Shown piece after piece: positions 19,187-28,097 of a stretch of DNA of 64,000 nucleotides. A program made the translations under genes and the position numbers. Below the pieces are notes generated by a model. That model saw only the letters and a program-made list of their open reading frames with translations. It made no database searches and was not told the DNA's origin. The stretch covers positions 576,001-640,000 of the forward strand of contig CBDCFW010000006.1 of the NCBI GenBank assembly GCA_965216465.1, read 5' to 3'. Numbering within the stretch: the first letter of the stretch is position 1; every line of letters starts with the position of its first letter. This DNA comes from Bacteroidia bacterium (GTDB lineage Bacteria > Bacteroidota > Bacteroidia > NS11-12g > UBA9320).

Positions 19187-21148
19187 ATGGAAAAACAAGA
19201 ATCATCATTACTCAAAATAAAAGAAGAAGACTTATTAGAATATAAGGATGAAGTAACGGGATACCTCAAAACGGTAAGCTGGAAACCCGATCATAAAAAC
19301 TCGAATCAAAGTATTGATTTGAATTTTTTAAGTGATGTAACAAAGGCTCTCGATATTCAGAAAGAAGATGAGATTTCGATTATGAAAGCCGCAATTCGCA
19401 TTAGCAATGACCGGGTAATCCTTTCAAACCAATCGAACCACGTACTTAATGCCATTCGAACGGGGTTTTGTATTGGTAAATATGTTGCCTCGCTCTATTC
19501 TGATACCAGCGGATTAGAATTGCTGCATCAAAAGAATGTAAGTGGTTCGCTCCACCAATCTGAATTGCCTGAATTTCATGATAAGAGTCAAACACAGTCG
19601 GCTATTTTACTGTATAGTGCTGCCTCTTATATCAAATTTACATTGCAGGACTATCTGGCAGATGAAGTGTCGTCTATTCAAATCGACTTCGGGGGAATTC
19701 CTCAAGTAAGTTTAACACGACCAACAAAGGCCATCAAGTGTGCTTTGTATTACTATGCGGCATACCTTGAAAAGTCAGGAATTGTAAAAACTGATCTACA
19801 CTTCATAAAAATGACCTTGCTCTATTTCGAGCGGTTAATGGAAGAGATTCAGCTTCGTAAGAATGCGTTAAAATACACGACCGTATTTTCTGATAATCAC
19901 TACAAACTTGAGAATTCTGAGTTTGTAATTCAAGGGTTTGAACAAGCCTCTTTAGCAAGTGTTAAAGGAATGCAATTCAATCCAATCAGAATGGAGCAAA
20001 TTGTATCGAACAAACAAGCTAAGCACATGTTTAAGCGCTATGCGGATCGATTAATGTGCTTTGACTTTGAGGCGAAGAAAAATCCGATGAATGAATTGGG
20101 AGGACTTCCTTCAATCACTATGGCAGATGGTAAGCCAGGTACAGGAAAAAGTATGCTTATCGCGGCAACAGCAACCTTACTGCAGGAACGATGCGATCAG
20201 CTTGGTCACAACTTTTTATTTTGGCCTCTTCCTGAAAATATTGTTTCTACTTTTCAAGGTGGAACTGCAGAAAGAGCCATGGAATGGTTTAAACCCATGC
20301 AGGACACCAACAAAATTGTATTTGCACCTATCGACGACGCCGAAAACAATCTTGAAGAAAGAACCAGACAAGGAGTTTCGGCTGGTGTTAGGGAATTTAT
20401 CGGAGTGTTTTTAAGGAATACAGAAGGGGCTTACGCAGTAAACAATGGAAACCGATTAATCAGCTTGTTCACTAACATCCCAGACCAAATTGATAAAGCT
20501 GTACTCTCCAGAATCCAAATGAGAATCTCGATGGAAGGTGCATCAGATAAGTACGACTTTATTGACCAAGACTACCTCTGGTGGAATAAATATGCTCAAC
20601 TCGATCAGAATTTCATTGACAATACCGATCCTTCGAGTTATACCTACATGGAAGCTCAAAAATCTGTTAATTCAATTAACGATTTACTCAGCGACAAGTA
20701 CAAATTCACCAATGATAAGGTAAAAGACATTTACAAGGATTGCTTAGATGATGTAGATATCAATTCGCATGAATTTTTTGGTGTTTTTTACAGTGAGATT
20801 TTAAAGCAATATCCATTTTTCTCTTCTCGTGACCTTCGAAACATTCAGAAGGCTGTTGATGCTCGATTGATCGATTTTGATTTGCCAGAAGTGTGGTGGG
20901 AGAATCACGATGATTTCTTTAACAAAAATTATGACGACAAGTTGGTCATTCTTAAAGAACTGATGAAGGAAAACATGAAAGGAGCATCGTTTAGTCAAGT
21001 TCGCGTATTTGAAGCATTGAACTACATCGAAAATGCCATACGAATTAATGAAACTGGCATAAATAGAGACATCAAAGAGCGTGCGAAACAGATGTATATT
21101 CAAGAACAAGCAAGTAAAAAGTTAAGAAGCGGAGAGATACATGATTAA
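19187..21148 (+). CDS. AAA family ATPase with long N-terminal domain
   Basis: Walker A GKPGTGKS, pore loop VSTFQG, Walker B variant FAPIDDAE, SRH TNIPDQIDKAVLSRI, FSSRDLRNI lid motif. Confidence 0.88.
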   Translation: MEKQESSLLKIKEEDLLEYKDEVTGYLKTVSWKPDHKNSNQSIDLNFLSDVTKALDIQKEDEISIMKAAIRISNDRVILSNQSNHVLNAIRTGFCIGKYVASLYSDTSGLELLHQKNVSGSLHQSELPEFHDKSQTQSAILLYSAASYIKFTLQDYLADEVSSIQIDFGGIPQVSLTRPTKAIKCALYYYAAYLEKSGIVKTDLHFIKMTLLYFERLMEEIQLRKNALKYTTVFSDNHYKLENSEFVIQGFEQASLASVKGMQFNPIRMEQIVSNKQAKHMFKRYADRLMCFDFEAKKNPMNELGGLPSITMADGKPGTGKSMLIAATATLLQERCDQLGHNFLFWPLPENIVSTFQGGTAERAMEWFKPMQDTNKIVFAPIDDAENNLEERTRQGVSAGVREFIGVFLRNTEGAYAVNNGNRLISLFTNIPDQIDKAVLSRIQMRISMEGASDKYDFIDQDYLWWNKYAQLDQNFIDNTDPSSYTYMEAQKSVNSINDLLSDKYKFTNDKVKDIYKDCLDDVDINSHEFFGVFYSEILKQYPFFSSRDLRNIQKAVDARLIDFDLPEVWWENHDDFFNKNYDDKLVILKELMKENMKGASFSQVRVFEALNYIENAIRINETGINRDIKERAKQMYIQEQASKKLRSGEIHD

Positions 21149-22414
21149 GCTTGTACAAAACGGACTTTTTGGTAACAACCTGTATTCGGTTGATAGTCCT
21201 CCTATGGTTAAACGATACAATGAATGCTTGGAGGATATTGGTTTACAAAAAACGAAGCTTAAAAAGTTTCATATTGATGGCTGGGGATGGAGCCCAGAAA
21301 TAGCTGAAGAGCAAAAAAATCGATTCTATTTGTCACATGGCTTAGCCAATCCATTTGGGGTCATAATTTCACCTAAGCAGCAAAACGCTCCAATCTACAT
21401 GCCGTTTCATAGCTTCGACCGAGAAATTCATAAATACATTTTTAAAACATATAGTCAACAGATTGAAGATATCACAGCCACTTGTGGATTGTGGTTCGAA
21501 TTGGATCAAGAAATCTCAGCCTACCGTTCACCTCAAGATTTGTTAATGGTAGATTATATCAATGTCAATTTCTATTCGGTAGATCGAATCATGACTGCGG
21601 CAAGAGAACAAAGAGCATTGATTAGAGAGTTTCATGATGTGCCTCAAGCTTGGTCAAACGATGAATTGAGATTGAAGATTATAGAAAGCAGTCAAAAATA
21701 TGGGGATCTTAGGTTCCGAAAATTTGAAATCCCAAAGGTTCCGTTTAGTGCGGTAGAAAATTATTATACCCTAGGATTTAACGGGTTATACATTCTCAAA
21801 GGAAAGGGAAATGAGAAACCACTTTTAATCTTTAAAGATAACAGCTCAAAAGTTTCAGGTCAATTGGATAATTCGCACATTGAATTTAACATAGACGACC
21901 CTGGACTTTTAAGTTATTTATACAATAAATCGTTGATTTCCAACGATATTGACTTGTTTACAGATCACCCTAGCTTGATTGAAATCATGAAAGATTTCTT
22001 TCTCGTTAAGGCGGCTGTTGAACATAACGAAAAGGTTGAATTTAAAGACTTAAATACAGTACAAAAGAAGGGTTTGGTTAACAGAATGTTACAAGAAGAA
22101 CTACTGTCTGATGTTTACTTCGAATTGGAACGCTTGCTAAGTGCGTTGCAAAAGCAAGAGCAATTGGACCGATACATAACAAGCGAAACATTGCAACCTT
22201 ATTTGTTGCATCCTCACCCTAGTTTATCAACCCAAGAAAGCGGGTAATTTGGCACTTGTTGTGTAACATCAATGCACATTCACCAATGCTTACGTACTTG
22301 TTCGACAAACCTTCTTTCTACACCGCATATACTTCATGGCCGAAACAAGTACAGGTTTGGATCATTGAAAATATACTTCGACACAAAGAAATTTATAACG
22401 ACTTAATGAACTAA
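21141..22414 (+). pseudogene. DUF6638-like protein, frameshifted near 22242-22244 (real lesion or sequencing error)
   Basis: ORF stops at 22247 (AGC GGG TAA), but the -1 frame continues VIWHLLCNINAHSPMLTYLFDKPSFYTAYTSWPKQVQVWII...LMN to TAA 22412-22414, 2 nt before the next ATG. N-terminus (GLFGNNL..V.SP.MV.RYN..L; FHIDGWGWSPEI) resembles DUF6638 from memory. Confidence 0.7.
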
Positions 22415-22416
22415 TC

Positions 22417-22918
22417 ATGGATATTTTAATTTCACTCTTAATTGGATTTGCACTTGGTATTGTTTTCTTCATCTGGGATAACAAGAAAGGTAAAAAATGG
22501 CATCGTAGGTGGTATGACCTAAGTCACAAAACACCTTTGGCTGAAGATTCAGAGGATAGCTTTATTGTTAATCAGCCCTTCTCTAAGAAATTGATTCCGG
22601 CAGTGATTATTACCATTCTGTTTAGTTACGTGACATGGTCATTTGGTGACATCAATCCAATTCTGGCGATAATTTCTTCCTTAATTATGCTGGTAGCTGT
22701 ACTGATTGGGTTTTATGTTGGTCCATTCATGAGCAGAACTGTACCTAAAGGTTTAAATGAAGCAAACAAAACATTAAAAAAAGCTGGATGCGTTGGAGCA
22801 AGATATACTTCAAGACCAACCTGAAAAAGAGGTCATTGAAATTAAGCCTAAGGACGAAAATGAGCCCAAAAAAGATGATGATTGGAGAAAAGGAGTTAAA
22901 GACTTTTTAGATAAGTAA
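22417..22918 (+). pseudogene. Three-TM membrane protein, frameshifted in the A7 run at 22776-22782 (real lesion or sequencing error)
   Basis: ORF stops at 22824. The +1 frame after the A run reads KLDALEQDILQDQPEKEVIEIKPKDENEPKKDDDWRKGVKDFLDK to TAA 22916-22918, 3 nt before the next ATG. Confidence 0.7.
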
Positions 22919-22921
22919 ACT

Positions 22922-24511
22922 ATGGAACAAGCAGAAGAGTCAAGAAGCAGGATTTATTGGGTCCTTCATAACCTCCGCAAACGACTTGGGGGATTTATAA
23001 AACGTGCATTTAAGAATAGACCAATACTTAGCATCATTATATCCTTGGTTTTAGTTTATATGGTGTTTGTAAGCAGGGGCAGTTTTCAACCAGGCTTTCT
23101 ATTCCTAAGAAAATATTACTTGCTTGTTTTAGTCATTCTTTTGATCTTTTATTGGTTTGTTAAAACATGGGAAAGGCGAGAAACTAGAGGTAAAATCATA
23201 ACAACGGTTCTCATGCTGTTGGTAGCAACTGGCAGCTATTTTTATGGTGCTGGAGTATATCGTTATGTTAGCTTGTACTTTCATTACTCTCAAATTAATA
23301 AGGTCGAGCTAGATGAATTTCCCGAGACAGCTTTTGAGCGCATTCAGCCCATTAACTCTGTTCGAACATTAATCAATCAGGAAGGTCTTTCGGAAACAGA
23401 AGATGCTACTTTGCCTCGATTTGTGAGAGGTAGCGACAATGAATATTATTTCACCTGCGCGGTTGGACCTTCTCAGGAATACAAAGTACAACAGATGACC
23501 AAAAACATGTATGAGGTCATTCATATTCCAGCTGATTTGCCCGCTCCGGTGTTTTCAAAAAAATATCGAGAAGAAGTCAATTTTGATGTTGGAGAACTCT
23601 TACTTTTCAGCAAGAAAACTAAGTATGCAGTGGTAAAGAAATTTAACCTTCTGCAGTACTTTAATTATGAGATTGGATCTCCTATTTATGTGCCCAGCCA
23701 AGACAAAGGATGGTTGCAAGTTGTTCCACTTATTCGATGGAAGGGAGTTCTATTTCCTCGTCCTGTGTTTGGCGGGGTGATGGTAATCGATGAAACGACA
23801 TCAGAAGACAACTTTATGATGCGTATTCTATTTGGTGAAGGTCAATACTATACTCCTACTGAAATTCATAACATAGATGGCCTGCATGGGCAAAATTTGA
23901 TCCCTGAAAAAGTGGCCAAGTTCACAGCGGAGAGCTTCCGCTTTACAAATGGTTTTTTTGCTCCTTTACCTATGTATCACGAAGGTGATATACGTATTCC
24001 ATCGCTGCCTAATGACGTTGATCCTCAACCATTTACAGCATTTTTTAATATTAAAAATGATGAGAAGCTGTATAACTTCTTTGGACTAGAACCCTATCAA
24101 GAAAACAAGAAAGGATTGAGTTTAAGTCTCTTTATTCCTGGAGATGATGACAGCAAAGTATATTTTATAGACCACCGAAAATCGAACTTGTCTTACATCG
24201 GAAGCAGTGCAATTTCTGCTAAGATTATTGAAAGTAAAAAGAACTACGACTGGACTAAAAACTACCCAGCTGAAAGCAGACCATTTATTCGAAATGTGGA
24301 AGGAAAATCACGGTTATTCTGGTTAAGCACAATTGTTACCAAGGCAGGTGAAAATACTGGTGATTACATTGGAGGTAGTATCCCAGAAATTACCTTAACC
24401 GATGCCGTGCACGGTAAAGTTGTCTGGATCAACTCTGATTCGCTAATTCAAAATGATTCATGGATCAGACAAGCCCAAAGTGAATTACACAATTATTGGG
24501 AAAATGAATAA
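22922..24511 (+). CDS. Membrane protein with three N-terminal TM helices and a large soluble (probably periplasmic) domain
   Basis: 529 aa; hydrophobic stretches at about aa 35-50, 65-82 and 92-110, then a beta-rich domain. Confidence 0.75.
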   Translation: MEQAEESRSRIYWVLHNLRKRLGGFIKRAFKNRPILSIIISLVLVYMVFVSRGSFQPGFLFLRKYYLLVLVILLIFYWFVKTWERRETRGKIITTVLMLLVATGSYFYGAGVYRYVSLYFHYSQINKVELDEFPETAFERIQPINSVRTLINQEGLSETEDATLPRFVRGSDNEYYFTCAVGPSQEYKVQQMTKNMYEVIHIPADLPAPVFSKKYREEVNFDVGELLLFSKKTKYAVVKKFNLLQYFNYEIGSPIYVPSQDKGWLQVVPLIRWKGVLFPRPVFGGVMVIDETTSEDNFMMRILFGEGQYYTPTEIHNIDGLHGQNLIPEKVAKFTAESFRFTNGFFAPLPMYHEGDIRIPSLPNDVDPQPFTAFFNIKNDEKLYNFFGLEPYQENKKGLSLSLFIPGDDDSKVYFIDHRKSNLSYIGSSAISAKIIESKKNYDWTKNYPAESRPFIRNVEGKSRLFWLSTIVTKAGENTGDYIGGSIPEITLTDAVHGKVVWINSDSLIQNDSWIRQAQSELHNYWENE

Positions 24512-25186
24512 TTAGGCAGGTTCGCAGCATTCCATCTGCTCTTTTTCTGCATTGAAATCTGGGCTGATATAAGGAATACCTAAGCCTGCTGATCTTACTA
24601 CTAGCATCAACCCTACAAAAAGTAGAAGTTTGGGTGTATGCTTGTTAAGCTTTTGCATTATGCCTGCTTTACCAAATTGCGGCAAGTACGATATGGCCAA
24701 CAAAATAGGTAAGGTTCCCAAACCAAAAAGAATCATGTACAGTGACACATTGAGTGCACTTCCTGCATTGACTGAAAGAATTGCAGCACCAAAGGATAAG
24801 CCACATGGTAAAAGGCCGTTCAGTACCCCTAAAAATAAACTTCCCGTTCTGCCAGGATTGGTTTTTAGCATTCTGTTTGAAACCACTTTAGTTATCTTTT
24901 CAATTAGGCGATTAACCGGTTTGATGTAACCTTTTAAGGCATAGAGAATCAGCAATACTCCACTGGCTAAGCCGACATATTGTTGCATTTCAAAAACTTG
25001 AAGCGGAGATACTAAAAAATAGAAGAATATGGCCAAGGCTATGTATCCAATCCATCTACCAAGATGGTGAACCAGCAATGAAAACAGTGAATATTGTCGT
25101 GCCCCTAATCCTAACATAAATGGACCACACATCGCAGCGCAATGCAAGCTTCCTAATAGACCAAGTATGAAGGCTGACCACATCAT
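24512..25186 (-). CDS. DsbD_2 / TauE-SafE-like cbb3 oxidase assembly membrane protein
   Basis: GLLGSLHCAAMCGP, LNGLLPCGL, MILFGLGTLP; last gene of the cco cluster. Confidence 0.88.
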   Translation of the reverse strand: MMWSAFILGLLGSLHCAAMCGPFMLGLGARQYSLFSLLVHHLGRWIGYIALAIFFYFLVSPLQVFEMQQYVGLASGVLLILYALKGYIKPVNRLIEKITKVVSNRMLKTNPGRTGSLFLGVLNGLLPCGLSFGAAILSVNAGSALNVSLYMILFGLGTLPILLAISYLPQFGKAGIMQKLNKHTPKLLLFVGLMLVVRSAGLGIPYISPDFNAEKEQMECCEPA

Positions 25187-25608
25187 AATGCTAATTGTTG
25201 CTTTTTAAAGAATGGTTTTCCGTTTACCTCACCTTGCACTTCCATAATCCAATTTCCTTCTTCCAATTCTCCAAGTGCTATTTTAACATTTGAACTAGGA
25301 CTTGTATCGGTGAAAATAAGATCTCGATCCTGACTTTTATCTGCCAGATGTACCAGCTTAAAACTTGAAATCAGACCGATTGAATCAAACTGAAATAAAA
25401 ACTGATTATGATTTCTAATCAACTCGTAGCTCACATATTTCGCTTGAACTTCCATGTTCATTCGAGAGGCGTGTTCTTCACCTAATTCATAATAGTCTTC
25501 TTCATACAACTCTTGAGAAGATGTAGCCATTTTAATGCCCATTCCTACTATTAATAGAATGAAGCACACCATTGTGACTATCAATATTTTGGACCAATCA
25601 AATTTCAT
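25183..25608 (-). CDS. ccoH: FixH/CcoH family protein
   Basis: N-terminal W-x-K plus TM helix, LYEEDYYELG motif, GNW; between ccoG and the DsbD_2 gene. Confidence 0.78.
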   Translation of the reverse strand: MKFDWSKILIVTMVCFILLIVGMGIKMATSSQELYEEDYYELGEEHASRMNMEVQAKYVSYELIRNHNQFLFQFDSIGLISSFKLVHLADKSQDRDLIFTDTSPSSNVKIALGELEEGNWIMEVQGEVNGKPFFKKQQLAL

Positions 25609-27005
25609 TTTCGTACTGGAGCTAAGAATGTAGTTTCAAAACTACGTAGAAGCTCACCATCTACAAACAGGTCGAGGTGCATTTTATGCTCGTTTTGCGA
25701 AATATCTTTCGCTTGCATCTCAATGATAAAGACTTTTTTCTCTTCACTATTTGCTTCTAGCACTGAGTCTTGCTCGGCACGAGTCATTGTAGCATTATCA
25801 TCTTTCAACACAATTTTAAACTCAACATCATCGAAAGTTTTGTTCACCATCGAAAGGTTATATACGTTGGTAATTGTTCCGTCATCAGCTTCAGCATAGG
25901 TCATTCCAACTGCTCTAAGCACCTTTGCTTCTACACTTTTTCTATTGGCTAAAATGCCTACAGAAGCACCTAGAAGCAATACCATAACCAAGCTATAGGC
26001 AATAATTCTTGGCGTAAACTTGAAACCAACTTTGTTCTCGATGTTATTGGTTGAATCAATACGAATTAGTCCTCTCGGCTTTTTGATCTTGTCCATTACC
26101 GAATCACACGCATCCATGCATGCTGTACAGTTTACACATTCGAGTTGAGTGCCATTTCGGATATCAATTCCTGTAGGACAAACATCTACACAAATACCGC
26201 AGTCAACACAATCGCCCTTGTCTGCTTGACTTTCATTTTTTCTGATTTTGCCTCGTGGCTCCCCCCGAACATGATCGTAATTCACTACCATGCTATTGGG
26301 ATCAAGCATTACACCTTGTAAGCGACCGTAAGGGCAAATCATAATACACACCAACTCTCGAAGGCGTGCAAAAACGAGATAAAAGACAATTGTGAAAATA
26401 ACCAAGCCAATTAAGGTGACATAGTTTTCAGAGAATGGCCCAGTAATTTTAGCCCATAATTCTTCATAACCAATGAGGTACACTAAGAATGTATGAGCGA
26501 TTACAAATGATATTAAAAAGAAGATGCTATGCTTTGCTCCTTTCTTCAGGATTTTTTCCCGATTCCAAGGCATAGCATCTAATTTTCGTTGTTTGTTTGC
26601 GTTACCTTCAATCCAGTTTTCGACCTTTCTAAACACCATTTCCATGAATATGGTTTGTGGACAAGCCCATCCACACCATACTCTACCGAAAATTACGGTG
26701 AATAGAATAATGAAAACCAGAAGGGTGAGAGCGAGAAACACAAAAACGTGAAAGTCTTGTGGCCAAAATGGCTGTCCGAAAACTACAAACTTTCTTTCGA
26801 AAACATTGAGCAGTAAAAGTGGATATCCCCCAATTTTAACAAAAGGTGCTAGGAAAAAGAATGCTAAAAGAAACCAACTTAAATATGTTCTATACCTATA
26901 AAATGCTCCTTTTATTATCTTGGGATATATCCATATCCTTTTACCGCTCTCGGTCACATTAGCTAAATGCTCCCTAAAGTTCTCTGTATTTTTATGATCG
27001 CTCAT
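25605..27005 (-). CDS. ccoG: Cytochrome c oxidase accessory protein CcoG
   Basis: GRVWCGWACPQT, CIMICPYGRLQ, CVDCGICVDVCPTGIDIRNG, CVNCTACMDAC. Confidence 0.96.
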   Translation of the reverse strand: MSDHKNTENFREHLANVTESGKRIWIYPKIIKGAFYRYRTYLSWFLLAFFFLAPFVKIGGYPLLLLNVFERKFVVFGQPFWPQDFHVFVFLALTLLVFIILFTVIFGRVWCGWACPQTIFMEMVFRKVENWIEGNANKQRKLDAMPWNREKILKKGAKHSIFFLISFVIAHTFLVYLIGYEELWAKITGPFSENYVTLIGLVIFTIVFYLVFARLRELVCIMICPYGRLQGVMLDPNSMVVNYDHVRGEPRGKIRKNESQADKGDCVDCGICVDVCPTGIDIRNGTQLECVNCTACMDACDSVMDKIKKPRGLIRIDSTNNIENKVGFKFTPRIIAYSLVMVLLLGASVGILANRKSVEAKVLRAVGMTYAEADDGTITNVYNLSMVNKTFDDVEFKIVLKDDNATMTRAEQDSVLEANSEEKKVFIIEMQAKDISQNEHKMHLDLFVDGELLRSFETTFLAPVRK

Positions 27006-27020
27006 TGAGTAGGCTCAAAT

Positions 27021-27920
27021 TTAGCCTTCTACTTCTTCAGTTTCTGTAACTTCAGTTGCTTCTTCAGCAGCTTCCGTTTCAGGTTCTTCTTCAGGTGTCC
27101 AAATTTGACCTTCAGGTTCTTTCGCACCATCTGGGTTTGAACCTTCCAAGCTAATAATATAGCTTGTTACCTCTTGAATTTTCTGCGGACTTAGTTGATC
27201 TTGCCAAGCAGTCATCCCTTTATCGATTATACCATACTTTATCGATTTAAAGATGTTCTTAGCTCCACCACCGTGTTTCCAGTATTCATCTGTAAGGTTA
27301 GGCCCAACATTTCCTTTACCTCCTTTATCGTGACATACTTTACAGTTTTGAATGTAGATCTTTCTTCCGGCATCAATAGCTGCTGCATCGGTTAATGCTA
27401 CAACAGTATTCTCGTCTACAAAAGATGCTTCTTCTTCAAGATTCTCTGTTTTCTTTTCTGTTGCTGCTTCAATCTCAGCCGCGTATTCTTGTTCTTGGGT
27501 CATTCCAGAATCTGTAACACTGTATCTTACAAAATAGATAACAGCAAAAAGGATTGTACCGTAGAATAAGAACATAAACCAAGGTGGAGGAGGGTTATCT
27601 AACTCATAAATTCCATCGTGTGGTTCATTGATACGCGTATCTTGATCTGTTCCAACCGGCTTAAGCTGAAATAGCTTCTCCCAGGTTGTACGTTGATCGT
27701 ACATTTTTTGTTCTTCTGATTCGTATTCACCGCGTACGTACTTTTTCAAGCTAATCGTAACTCTATACAGTAAATAGGTTACCAAAAGTAGAAGACCAAC
27801 AATTATATATATGATCCATAACAAAGGCTCAGATAAGCCGCCTTGTGCCTCCCCTGACTGTGCAAACAGATTAAAGGAAGTTAAACTCGCTATTAGTGTT
27901 AGGGCAATTTTATTCTTCAT
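27021..27920 (-). CDS. ccoP: cbb3-type cytochrome c oxidase subunit III
   Basis: HDGIYELDNPPPPW, single CKVCH heme site, GPNLTDEYW, GMTAW. ATG 27920 overlaps the ccoQ end. Confidence 0.94.
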   Translation of the reverse strand: MKNKIALTLIASLTSFNLFAQSGEAQGGLSEPLLWIIYIIVGLLLLVTYLLYRVTISLKKYVRGEYESEEQKMYDQRTTWEKLFQLKPVGTDQDTRINEPHDGIYELDNPPPPWFMFLFYGTILFAVIYFVRYSVTDSGMTQEQEYAAEIEAATEKKTENLEEEASFVDENTVVALTDAAAIDAGRKIYIQNCKVCHDKGGKGNVGPNLTDEYWKHGGGAKNIFKSIKYGIIDKGMTAWQDQLSPQKIQEVTSYIISLEGSNPDGAKEPEGQIWTPEEEPETEAAEEATEVTETEEVEG

Positions 27921-28089
27921 GATTTTCAATTTTTGATGGTTTTAAGGGTAAATTAGATAACTCTGTTACTTGTTCTTTATTGAGTGAAAACATGTACACC
28001 GCAGCAAGAACAAATACCATTATAAAAATTAGAAGAGCGATAATCAAATAGACATCTGCACCTTCAACGTATCCTATCATTTTTCCCAT
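27910..28089 (-). CDS. ccoQ: cbb3-type cytochrome c oxidase subunit IV (59 aa, absent from ORF track)
   Basis: Manual translation MGKMIGYVEGADVYLIIALLIFIMVFVLAAVYMFSLNKEQVTELSNLPLKPSKIENHEE; single TM and a C-terminal LPL; between ccoNO and ccoP. Confidence 0.85.
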   Translation of the reverse strand: MGKMIGYVEGADVYLIIALLIFIMVFVLAAVYMFSLNKEQVTELSNLPLKPSKIENHEE

Positions 28090-28097
28090 AATTCTAA

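Noticed and set aside
22774-22783. A_AAA_AAG as a programmed -1 ribosomal frameshift site
   Set aside because: The plausible continuation is in the +1 frame, not -1, and I saw no stimulatory hairpin.
16709-24511. Calling the AAA operon an anti-phage defence system
   Set aside because: No nuclease, TIR, SIR2, helicase or toxin motif was recognised and there is no mobile-element context; it cannot be excluded but is unsupported.
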